In this document: positions 55,670 through 62,917 of the stretch, one piece after another
Layout: each line of letters starts with the position of its first letter
How positions within the stretch are numbered: position 1 is the stretch's first letter
DNA from: Candidatus Saccharimonadota bacterium
GTDB lineage: Bacteria > Patescibacteriota > Saccharimonadia > Saccharimonadales > Saccharimonadaceae
Assembly: GCA_027311865.1 (NCBI GenBank)
Contig: DAICYC010000001.1
Span: 33,880 to 97,879 of the forward strand
Direction: 5' to 3'
Length of the DNA stretch: 64,000 nucleotides
Made by a program: the position numbers and the translations under genes
The notes under the pieces: generated by a model
Told to the model about the DNA's origin: nothing
The model's database searches: none
What the model saw: the letters and a program-made list of their open reading frames with translations, nothing else

Positions 55670-55685
55670 TGTGAGCTATCTCACA
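55670..55685. promoter_or_regulatory. Perfect CRP-type palindrome TGTGA-gctatc-TCACA in the divergent intergenic region
   Basis: Seen in sequence. Centred about 60 nt upstream of the TSS predicted from the minus-strand TTGCGC-17-TATCAT promoter (55652..55624). Confidence 0.5.
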
Positions 55686-55785
55686 ATCTGAAAAAGAACT
55701 GTGTTATTACAGTAGTATAACCTTTTGGATAACTGACAAATAGGTTATGTTATAACACTTATCCCAACCAGAGGAAGGAGTTGAG

Positions 55786-56499
55786 ATGAACGATTACGAT
55801 GTGCGACCTGCACTCGAGAACATGTTCAATCAGGTGATTGAGTTCCTGCCACAGCTTCTGGCAGCAATTGCCATACTTGTCATTGGTTATTTAATATCAG
55901 CCGGTATCGCCCGACTAATTCGGCGCGGCCTAAAGAAAGTTCGCTTCGATCGAGCGCTACACAGCTCTCCGGCCGGAGGCGTTATCTCGCACCTAGTCGA
56001 GAGCCCAACCCAGTTTGCCGGTAAGCTGTCGTTCTGGCTAATCTTCTTTGCTTTCATATCGATGGCCGTAGCAGTCCTCGATATTGAGCTATTAAACGAG
56101 CTGTTGGCAGCCGTTTACGCCTACGTTCCTAATATAATCGCGGCGATTGTTATCTTCCTGATAGCAAGTGCTGTTGCGACAGCTGTCCCACGGATGGTTC
56201 AGCGAGCCATGGGCCGAACCGCCATGGCCAAGACCGTCTCGACGGCCGTACCAATAATTATCATGAGCTTAGCTGGCTTTATGATTCTCAACCAGCTTGG
56301 TGTCGCTCGTGATATCGTCAATATCTTATTCACAGCTATCGTCGGTGCCACCGCCTTGGGTATGGCCCTGGCCTTTGGTCTCGGTGGTCGCGATGCGGCA
56401 AAGCGAGCTCTCGACCAAGCCGTCGATTCAGCCCGCGCTAACTCCGGCAAGCTCAGTCCTGACATCCGCACGCCAAAGCGCTCCAAGACCGACTTATAG
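55786..56499 (+). CDS. Conserved TM-helix repeat protein (mechanosensitive-channel N-terminal-like)
   Basis: GGAAGGAG SD. Repeated TM modules of the type LPQLLAAIAILVIGYLISAGIARLIRRGL. Confidence 0.55.
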   Translation: MNDYDVRPALENMFNQVIEFLPQLLAAIAILVIGYLISAGIARLIRRGLKKVRFDRALHSSPAGGVISHLVESPTQFAGKLSFWLIFFAFISMAVAVLDIELLNELLAAVYAYVPNIIAAIVIFLIASAVATAVPRMVQRAMGRTAMAKTVSTAVPIIIMSLAGFMILNQLGVARDIVNILFTAIVGATALGMALAFGLGGRDAAKRALDQAVDSARANSGKLSPDIRTPKRSKTDL

Positions 56500-56560
56500 A
56501 TAAACCGGTCAAATAAAAATACCACCTTCGAAGCAGAGGTGGTATTTGTTTGTCTTCTAG

Positions 56561-57325
56561 CTACGGCTGAAGTGTGCCAGCAAATACCTGCCAGGCAAGC
56601 AGTGACTTGGCGACCAGACTCAAAATAATATAAACGAACTCACCGTACAGATAATCTTTCCACGGACCAACTTTCTTGTACTGTAGCATCATGTTGATAG
56701 CGAAACAGTTAAAGAATACGAAGATAGACACAAAGATCCAGTAAACGAAGTCGGGTGCCTTGCTACCTTGATCGGCCCCGAGCCACATATAGAACGCTAT
56801 CGCCACCCACGGGAGGATTCCAGCGATACAACCGACCCAGTAACTTAGCCAGTTGGTGCGTCGAGTTGTCTGATTGTGAACCTCCATAACTAGACCCATC
56901 AGGTTCATAATGGCCGTCAAGCCAAAAATCATCACCAAGCTCATCAAATCATAGATGCCGACTAGTAGTGAAATCGCCACCATCATAACGCTTGCCGAAA
57001 CTGAATATTCGATCCAACGAGCCCGGTTGATACCGTCCTTCAAACCAGCTTCATAACGTTTACGATAGTAAGTCGCCACACTGAAATGGGCGATTGACGA
57101 CAACAAGAAGAAACCGGTCACCAAGAGCGGCAACGAAACTTCAAACAGCGTGGTCGTAGCTGGTTCCAGCGACTGCGTCTGAGTGTTAAACTTCAGAAAA
57201 TTCCCGATAACCGGGAATAACGATTCTTTACTGAGAATCAAGATAGCGACGGCTTGCGCTAAATGTAAAAATCCAGCGATGATATTGTAGCGGTGAAGCT
57301 TGTTAACCGTAAGTTTTTTAGTCAT
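56561..57325 (-). CDS. Heliorhodopsin
   Basis: Seven TM helices. RWIEYSVSASVMM, GCIAGILPW and LSLVAKSLLAWQVFAGTL (candidate Schiff-base Lys) match the HeR-48C12 sequence as I remember it. Confidence 0.85.
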   Translation of the reverse strand: MTKKLTVNKLHRYNIIAGFLHLAQAVAILILSKESLFPVIGNFLKFNTQTQSLEPATTTLFEVSLPLLVTGFFLLSSIAHFSVATYYRKRYEAGLKDGINRARWIEYSVSASVMMVAISLLVGIYDLMSLVMIFGLTAIMNLMGLVMEVHNQTTRRTNWLSYWVGCIAGILPWVAIAFYMWLGADQGSKAPDFVYWIFVSIFVFFNCFAINMMLQYKKVGPWKDYLYGEFVYIILSLVAKSLLAWQVFAGTLQP

Positions 57326-57364
57326 AGTGTCATCATAACGCACGATGACAGCTTCGACCAGTCG

Positions 57365-58339
57365 CTAAATATCCCAACTCCTGCCAGCAATACCGAAATG
57401 GCCATCGCGAGCAGTGGACTGGTAGACTGGCCGTTCAAGGTCTAGGTAGTCGATAATACCCCGCGGCGACAAATCATAACCTTCAATATTGATATCCCGA
57501 CCATCGACGACGGCGACTGCCTGAACGGGCTGATCATAGCCAATTGCATAAGCCAGCGTCACCACTACCTCCTCGGCATCGAATCGTCGTAGATAATCAA
57601 TCGCGATTCGGCGGGCCATATAGGCGGCTGATCGATCGACCTTGCTTGGGTCTTTGCCGCTAAAAGCGCCCCCGCCGACCGCCACGGCCGGCCCATAATT
57701 ATCAATCGCCAGCTTCCGACCGGTCAAACCAGCGTCAGCTTCAAAGCCGCCAATTGACCAGTCGCCGGCTGGATTGATGTGAAGTGTCGGCGCCTTAGTA
57801 CAACGACCGAGCGAGATTTGATTTCTCAACCAGTCGTGGACAGCGGCTGTTAAGTCGTCCGTCGAAGCATTTTGAAAACTAGCTACCACTGAGTGAATTA
57901 GTCCGTCACTGGTCGTAATTTGAGTTTTGCCGTCGAACGGCCAACGCTGATACAAAAACCGGTTCAAATCGCGAGCCAAAACTATTTCGAGCGGCAGCAG
58001 TTCCGTCGTTTCCGAGCAGGCATAGCCAACCATTATTCCCTGATCGCCAGCGCCGCCCTGATCAACGCCTCGAGCAATTTCGGCACTTTGATGAGCTAAC
58101 CGAACGACGACTTCAACCGGACCAGCGATTTGCTTAACAATGGCACTGACGTCAACTTCGGTCTTAGCGCTAATCTCACCGGTTACAAAAACGGCTCCGT
58201 GGCCACCGGCGACATCGACCGCCACCCGCGCTGTCGGATCTTCGGATAAGTAGGCGTCCAAGATGGCATCCGATATTTGATCGCACAGCTTATCCGGGTG
58301 CTTCGGTGAAACGTATTCGGCGGTTTTAAATTTTGTCAT
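57365..58339 (-). CDS. metK: S-adenosylmethionine synthetase (compact form)
   Basis: HPDKLCDQISDAILDA, GAGDQGIMVGYA and GGGAFSGKDPSKVDRSAAYMAR. Start at the ATG after AAGGAG; the longer ORF runs through the riboswitch. Confidence 0.92.
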   Translation of the reverse strand: MTKFKTAEYVSPKHPDKLCDQISDAILDAYLSEDPTARVAVDVAGGHGAVFVTGEISAKTEVDVSAIVKQIAGPVEVVVRLAHQSAEIARGVDQGGAGDQGIMVGYACSETTELLPLEIVLARDLNRFLYQRWPFDGKTQITTSDGLIHSVVASFQNASTDDLTAAVHDWLRNQISLGRCTKAPTLHINPAGDWSIGGFEADAGLTGRKLAIDNYGPAVAVGGGAFSGKDPSKVDRSAAYMARRIAIDYLRRFDAEEVVVTLAYAIGYDQPVQAVAVVDGRDINIEGYDLSPRGIIDYLDLERPVYQSTARDGHFGIAGRSWDI

Positions 58340-58497
58340 AAAAAATACTCCTTGTCGTATCTTTCCGCCCGATAGAAAAGATAAAGGAGTTAAAAATCTT
58401 ATCTTTCCCATATGGGCTAGAAGTGGCACCGTAGTGAAAAACACTGGTTGCCGGCAGGTCGTCGAGCTAGTTCTCTCGCTGCACTCTGGATACGCTT
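58340..58497 (-). promoter_or_regulatory. SAM-I (S-box) riboswitch with a terminator / SD-sequestering expression platform
   Basis: Minus strand reads TATCCAGAGTGCAGCGAGAGAACTAGCTCGACGACCTGCCGGCAACCAGTGTTTTTCACTACGGTGCCACTTCTAGCCCATATGGGAAAGATAAG. This is followed by the hairpin ACTCCTT...AAGGAGT plus TTTTTT, ending at the ATG. Confidence 0.8.
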
Positions 58498-58548
58498 ATT
58501 AATTAATGTACATTTAATAGTTTAACATTTCCGGTATATACTGACGAT

Positions 58549-59037
58549 ATGAAATTACCGCAGAAAGAATATCTTCAGAGTGCTATGTTTGGCTTTAACG
58601 ATGCCCTAGTATCAACTACCGGTGTTATCGTCGGCGTCAGCGCTGGTACTGGTAACAAAGAAGTCGTACTGTTGGCTGGTGCAGTGACGATTCTCGTCGA
58701 GGCCCTCTCGATGGGCTCAGGTCAATATCTTAGCTCCAAGTCAGCCCATCAACTCGACCGATCGGACGCCAGTCGGATTCCGTTGATAAGTGGCTTAATC
58801 ATGTTCGGCTCTTATTTCTTAGCCGGACTAGTTCCTTTACTGGCAATTATTTTCACACCAGTCGAACATGGCCGGAGTGTCGCCATCATAGCAGCACTCG
58901 CCTGCCTGCTCGTCTTAGGTTACGTCAAAGGAAAAATTGTCCAAGTTTCACCGCTGCGCAGCGCCGTGGAGGTCCTTGTCATCGGTGGCGCCGCCACGAT
59001 TATTGGTATCGTCGTTGGACAAATCTTCGCGATTTAA
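58549..59037 (+). CDS. VIT1/CCC1 family metal (Fe/Mn) transporter, membrane domain only
   Basis: GFNDALVSTTGVIVGVSAG ... LSMGSGQYLSSKS blocks and C-terminal TM helices. Confidence 0.7.
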   Translation: MKLPQKEYLQSAMFGFNDALVSTTGVIVGVSAGTGNKEVVLLAGAVTILVEALSMGSGQYLSSKSAHQLDRSDASRIPLISGLIMFGSYFLAGLVPLLAIIFTPVEHGRSVAIIAALACLLVLGYVKGKIVQVSPLRSAVEVLVIGGAATIIGIVVGQIFAI

Positions 59038-59534
59038 CTAGTCCACGACCAGCCGGTCGACCAAAGTCCTGTCGAACCGCTATACCCCTGCATCACAGCC
59101 GTTGTCGCATCATTCACCCACGTTTTGCCAATTGTCGTACAGGTTGCCGCCCCGCTAATACCAACCCCTTCAATCAGTCCGGTTGAGGTTTGGATATAAC
59201 CCTTACCTGATTTTGATCGCAGACCGAGAGCATAAGTCTGATTGGCTTTGTCGACACAGTAATAGACATTGTTCTGCTTGAGATCGTAGGCTTTTTTAGA
59301 AAACTTGAACTTCGGCATTTCGGCATTGTTCTCTGGATAGCGACCTAGGTCGACTTTTGCCATCTCGAGTGCTCGAGCGGCATTTGTCGCATCAGCCGCC
59401 ACAGCTGAATCATTCGACTTGGCGGTCACCCGGCTATAGGTGACGGCCGTCACTGCTGTAAGTATGGCGATTATGATAATTACAATTATTAATTCAACTA
59501 TCGTGAAACCGTTTGTAGCTTGTTTGTTTGTCAT
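59034..59534 (-). CDS. Type IV pilin-like protein, Trp-rich C-terminus
   Basis: MTNKQATNG/FTIVELIIVIIIIAIL. The C-terminus is ...GLWSTGWSWTS. Confidence 0.8.
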   Translation of the reverse strand: MTNKQATNGFTIVELIIVIIIIAILTAVTAVTYSRVTAKSNDSAVAADATNAARALEMAKVDLGRYPENNAEMPKFKFSKKAYDLKQNNVYYCVDKANQTYALGLRSKSGKGYIQTSTGLIEGVGISGAATCTTIGKTWVNDATTAVMQGYSGSTGLWSTGWSWTS

Positions 59535-59621
59535 CGAACCCCACGGCTGAAGTTAGTATTTACGTCTTGGCTACATTGTAGCATAAGCTGATTGACGACC
59601 ATCAGGAGTCTATGACTCGGT

Positions 59622-59928
59622 CTACAAACCAGGCACGTTGACTAGTGCTGGAACATATATCTCAGTCCCTGCGCCTGATGTTCCTTGATTTAGTTGACCG
59701 TAACTGTTCTTACCCCAGCAGTAAACCTGCTTGTCAGCCAAAGCGCAAGCGTGTTGGTGACCAACACCTATCGAAGTGATTATTTTGCCGTAAAGCTGCC
59801 CTTCGACGAGCGTAGTCACCAACTCCAAGCTGAATGATAGAATTGTAGCCCCAACAATAAACCTGACCGTTAGACACAACACAGGCATGATCTCTGCCAA
59901 CTCCTACCACACAGGAAATATCGGACAC
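59622..59928 (-). pseudogene. Frameshifted fragment encoding two RCC1-like beta-propeller repeats
   Basis: One frame reads GRDHACVVSNGQVYCWGYNSIIQLGVGDY. The pilin frame reads TTLVEGQLYGKIITSIGVGHQHACALADKQVYCWGKNSYGQLNQG. Only two blades are present, split over two frames. Confidence 0.55.
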
Positions 59929-60302
59929 CGACCTTCGGTTATCACATTCTGATCACTATCGATAAAGTAACTTGCTCCACTCGCAGCCGATTGAGCCGTC
60001 ACACAAAACTTACTACCTTCCGTGTTATAACTCAAAATTACGCCGTCGCCAGGCTTGAAACCAGTGATTGAATCGAGAGAGGCTGGATAAGCCCCCTTCT
60101 GAGCAAATTCAGCATCGGCCAGCTCAGCCGCCGTCGACAAGTCCTTCTTTAGCTTCGCCACCACAGCTCGTTCCGAAATCGAATTAGCACCTACAAAAAT
60201 GAGAGCAGCCAAGATACCGAGGATCACGATAACCGCCAATAGCTCCACGACCGTAAAGCCAGTCAATCGACGGCCTTCGGGTTGGTATGCGGCATATTTC
60301 AT
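59904..60302 (-). CDS. Type IV pilin-like protein
   Basis: MKYAAYQPEGRRLTG/FTVVELLAVIVILGIL. Confidence 0.8.
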   Translation of the reverse strand: MKYAAYQPEGRRLTGFTVVELLAVIVILGILAALIFVGANSISERAVVAKLKKDLSTAAELADAEFAQKGAYPASLDSITGFKPGDGVILSYNTEGSKFCVTAQSAASGASYFIDSDQNVITEGRCPIFPVW

Positions 60303-60435
60303 GATTAATTACCCCAGCGAATTTAGCTTATGCTTAGATTGTAGCACGAAAGTCAATGAAATATGATCAGGTGGGACCTCAACTCATGAATTCATTCAGC
60401 AACCGTCACACGACTATTATATCAACCCCTCCATC

Positions 60436-60464
60436 TTGATAAAAATCACTACTTGTGTTATAAT
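60436..60464 (+). promoter_or_regulatory. Sigma70-type promoter TTGATA-17-TATAAT (cassette 1)
   Basis: Read directly: TTGATA aaaatcactacttgtgt TATAAT. Confidence 0.6.
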
Positions 60465-60512
60465 AGTACTAGTACACAAACGTGTATCTCGTTATTTAAG
60501 AAAGTGGTGAAC

Positions 60513-60791
60513 ATGCTGGACACGGACTTCCTCCGTCAGTCAGCCGACTACGTCGACGCTGAGCGCAAGCTCTACGCCGCCCGGCTCCAGTACGACAAGG
60601 CCAGCACGAACTATCGATCGCTCTCCCTGAGCTGCGATTACTGTAGCGACAGAGAAGCCGAACGGCTCAATGAACGAGCTGAAGCCGCCCGCCACGAGTT
60701 TGCCGAGGCCCGCAAGGTCCTCGAAGCTGCTCGGGACAACCTCGAAGCAGTCCGGGAGCGTCTGCTCCAAACCGCCAATCACGCCAACTAG
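60513..60791 (+). CDS. 92-aa helical protein, unknown (cassette 1, gene A)
   Basis: GGTGA SD. Ala/Arg/Glu-rich heptad sequence and GC3-rich codons. Confidence 0.55.
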   Translation: MLDTDFLRQSADYVDAERKLYAARLQYDKASTNYRSLSLSCDYCSDREAERLNERAEAARHEFAEARKVLEAARDNLEAVRERLLQTANHAN

Positions 60792-60801
60792 GAAGGTCCA
60801 G

Positions 60802-61233
60802 ATGTCGAAAATCGATATCGCCGTTCTGCGCAAAGAGCGCACCGACGCACTCAGCGAACGGAATCGGATTCATGATTCACGCGAGGAAGCTCGCCAGGAT
60901 GTCGACCGGCTGCGTCGTCTGTGTCTCGACACCGACAACGACCATCACCGGGCACTCAACGACTGCATGAGGATCGAGGAGATCATCTACGAGATCGACG
61001 ATCCGGCGATGGAAACCGAGGCCGCCATGGCAGCCCATGACGAACTGGAAGCAGCTCAAGTGCGACTGTCTCGAATCGAGGAGCGATCCGACAACTACGT
61101 CCAGGCGCTTCGCGAAGCCGAGTCGATCGTCAGTCAGCTGGACAAAGAGTCCAGCCAGGCCTCGCGTCGTTTCGGCGACGCCGATCAGCGGGTTCGACAG
61201 GCCCGGCGCAGGCAGCGTCACCATCACAACTAA
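60802..61233 (+). CDS. 143-aa helical protein, unknown (cassette 1, gene B)
   Basis: GGAAGG SD 5 nt before the ATG, which lies 10 nt after the gene A stop. Confidence 0.55.
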   Translation: MSKIDIAVLRKERTDALSERNRIHDSREEARQDVDRLRRLCLDTDNDHHRALNDCMRIEEIIYEIDDPAMETEAAMAAHDELEAAQVRLSRIEERSDNYVQALREAESIVSQLDKESSQASRRFGDADQRVRQARRRQRHHHN

Positions 61234-61240
61234 ATAACGA

Positions 61241-61271
61241 AACCCACCGTCTCAACCACGGTGGGTTTTTC
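61241..61271 (+). terminator. Intrinsic terminator (cassette 1)
   Basis: CCCACCGT-ctcaacc-ACGGTGGG followed by TTTTT. Confidence 0.75.
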
Positions 61272-61293
61272 ATTTTGCCGTAATATTTAGTGA

Positions 61294-61322
61294 TTGCTAA
61301 AATTCACTTCTGATGATATAGT
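61294..61322 (+). promoter_or_regulatory. Sigma70-type promoter TTGCTA-17-TATAGT (cassette 2)
   Basis: Read directly: TTGCTA aaattcacttctgatga TATAGT. Confidence 0.6.
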
Positions 61323-61377
61323 AACCTCACCGCCCATCCGAGTGCGGTTTCGTTCTTTGATAGGAAAAGGGGCAACG

Positions 61378-61683
61378 ATGTCCATTGGAATTCTCAGCAT
61401 CAAAGATGTTGAGAGGTACGACGATCTCGTCGAACGTGAAGATTCGGCCAAGGCCGAACTCAAGTCCGCCGAGCAGCACATGATGAATGTTCTCGATAAC
61501 CGCGCTTCAAGCCCAGCCGATCGCAGTGCGGCCATCGAGCGCCATGATCAGGCCATCGACAGCCTGAATCACATCACCGCCGAAATCGATCACTACTACA
61601 ACCGTGATGCGATGGAAGCCTGCAAGCGCAGCATCTGCAAACACAGTCTCGACGTCGACCTCGGCTTCGAGTGCTGCGACTAA
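61378..61683 (+). CDS. 101-aa helical protein, unknown (cassette 2, gene A)
   Basis: AAAGGGG SD and a heptad-rich sequence ending in ...GFECCD. Confidence 0.55.
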   Translation: MSIGILSIKDVERYDDLVEREDSAKAELKSAEQHMMNVLDNRASSPADRSAAIERHDQAIDSLNHITAEIDHYYNRDAMEACKRSICKHSLDVDLGFECCD

Positions 61684-61698
61684 CCCCGAGAGGATGAA

Positions 61699-62016
61699 GT
61701 GAACGTCAACAAACGAGATGCCATCAAGGCACTCAGTGCCAAACGCGACGACTGTCGCCGGCGCTCCAATACGACCAAGCGATTCGTCAACGAACTCGAA
61801 GTCGCCCGGTCGCGTCTCATCGTCCGGCGGGATGAACTCGATCGATTCGACCTCGTCAGCATCGAAGCAATCGATGCCGAAATTGAGGCCGTGACGGTTA
61901 AGATGAACAACCTGAAGCAGGAAGTTCGCGACTGCGCAGTCGAAGAAGCTCAACTCGAGCAGACAATGATTCGGCTGAAAATCGATGGTTTTCTGCCGCG
62001 TCTGGTTCGCGCCTGA
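61699..62016 (+). CDS. 105-aa helical protein, unknown (cassette 2, gene B)
   Basis: GTG start preceded by GAGAGGA, 15 nt after the gene A stop. Confidence 0.5.
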   Translation: MNVNKRDAIKALSAKRDDCRRRSNTTKRFVNELEVARSRLIVRRDELDRFDLVSIEAIDAEIEAVTVKMNNLKQEVRDCAVEEAQLEQTMIRLKIDGFLPRLVRA

Positions 62017-62035
62017 CCCCCAGCCCTCAGAACGA

Positions 62036-62068
62036 AAAACCCACCGTCTCATCCGCGGTGGGCTTTTC
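62036..62068 (+). terminator. Intrinsic terminator (cassette 2), near-copy of the cassette 1 terminator
   Basis: CCCACCG-tctcatccg-CGGTGGG followed by CTTTT. It shares AAACCCACCGTCTCA with the terminator at 61241. Confidence 0.75.
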
Positions 62069-62081
62069 ATTACCACTTAAC

Positions 62082-62110
62082 TTGATTATTTCGTGTATCT
62101 ATTTTATAGT
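62082..62110 (+). promoter_or_regulatory. Sigma70-type promoter TTGATT-17-TATAGT (cassette 3)
   Basis: Read directly: TTGATT atttcgtgtatctattt TATAGT. Confidence 0.6.
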
Positions 62111-62160
62111 AGCCTTACGCACAAAACCGTGCCATCGCTCTTTCACAGTGAGGTGAAATA

Positions 62161-62580
62161 ATGGAATTGCCCACCGCCGACAATCGATTGAAGGCTGAAT
62201 TCGACCGACTCCGGTCCGAGCTCGAATTGGCTGAAGTCCAACTGGAAGAGTCCAACCGACTCGTCCAGTCCAACCAGAACGAGATGCGCCAGATCCAGGC
62301 CGACCTCGACAACGCCGACCTGGCCCGCTACGAGGCCACGACGACACTGGAAAAGCTCGAGACCCAGCAGCCAGTTGATGACGACCTGGCCCTTCGCATC
62401 AGCGAATACAAGGCATTGGTTGATGAAGCCATTCGAAACATCCAGCGCCTCGAGCTGGAACGTGGCGAAGCCGAAGTCAACCTGTCACTGGCCAACCATG
62501 GCCGCATCGAAGCTCTTCACCGGGTCAGCAGGCTCCAAACCAGCCTGCGAGCCTTTGACACTTTCCAGATCTCGGTCTGA
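62161..62580 (+). CDS. 139-aa coiled-coil protein, unknown (cassette 3, gene A)
   Basis: GAGGTGA SD and a continuous heptad pattern. Confidence 0.55.
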   Translation: MELPTADNRLKAEFDRLRSELELAEVQLEESNRLVQSNQNEMRQIQADLDNADLARYEATTTLEKLETQQPVDDDLALRISEYKALVDEAIRNIQRLELERGEAEVNLSLANHGRIEALHRVSRLQTSLRAFDTFQISV

Positions 62581-62585
62581 CCGAG

Positions 62586-62861
62586 ATGAATCGAGTCGAA
62601 GGCCCTGCACCGTTGACCGCCGCGGACGCCGACGAAGCCCACCAAGCTGTTCGCCATGAGCTCAACCGAGCTCTGGCCGAACAGTGTCGAATCAGGCAAC
62701 TCCTCGCCAGCAAGCAATCGATCGATCCGGTCTCCGGGCAGAACTTGCTGACCGCCAAAGCCGCAATCAATGCCGATATCCACGACATTGAAAAGCGACT
62801 GCAGCAGGCCAGTCGTGACCGTCAACTCGCTCATCAGCGAGACGAACGTACGTCACACTGA
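62586..62861 (+). CDS. 91-aa helical protein, unknown (cassette 3, gene B)
   Basis: ATG 5 nt after the gene A stop. Confidence 0.5.
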   Translation: MNRVEGPAPLTAADADEAHQAVRHELNRALAEQCRIRQLLASKQSIDPVSGQNLLTAKAAINADIHDIEKRLQQASRDRQLAHQRDERTSH

Positions 62862-62884
62862 GCTCACCTATCCACTACGAGCGA

Positions 62885-62917
62885 AGCCCCCGCAGCTAGA
62901 TACTGCGGGGGATTTCA
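62885..62917. terminator. Bidirectional hairpin terminator between cassette 3 and arcC
   Basis: CCCCCGCAG-ctagata-CTGCGGGGG. Confidence 0.7.

Noticed and set aside
58340-58444. The N-terminal 35 codons of the long metK ORF (MFFTTVPLLAHMGKIRFLTPLSFLSGGKIRQGVFF).
   Set aside because: This stretch is the expression platform and 3' part of the SAM-I riboswitch. The conserved MetK sequence starts at MTKFKTAEYVSPKHPDK, which is preceded by AAGGAG.
60453-60512. The long version of the first cassette ORF, starting at 60453 (MCYNSTSTQ...).
   Set aside because: That start lies inside the TTGATA-17-TATAAT promoter. The ATG at 60513 has a GGTGA SD and begins the helical sequence.
60513-62861. The idea that the paired roughly 100-aa helical genes are Esx/WXG100 (type VII secretion) substrates.
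   Set aside because: No W-x-G motif is present (the six proteins contain essentially no Trp), and no EccC/EssC-type ATPase or other T7SS gene is in the window. I kept this only as an organisational analogy.
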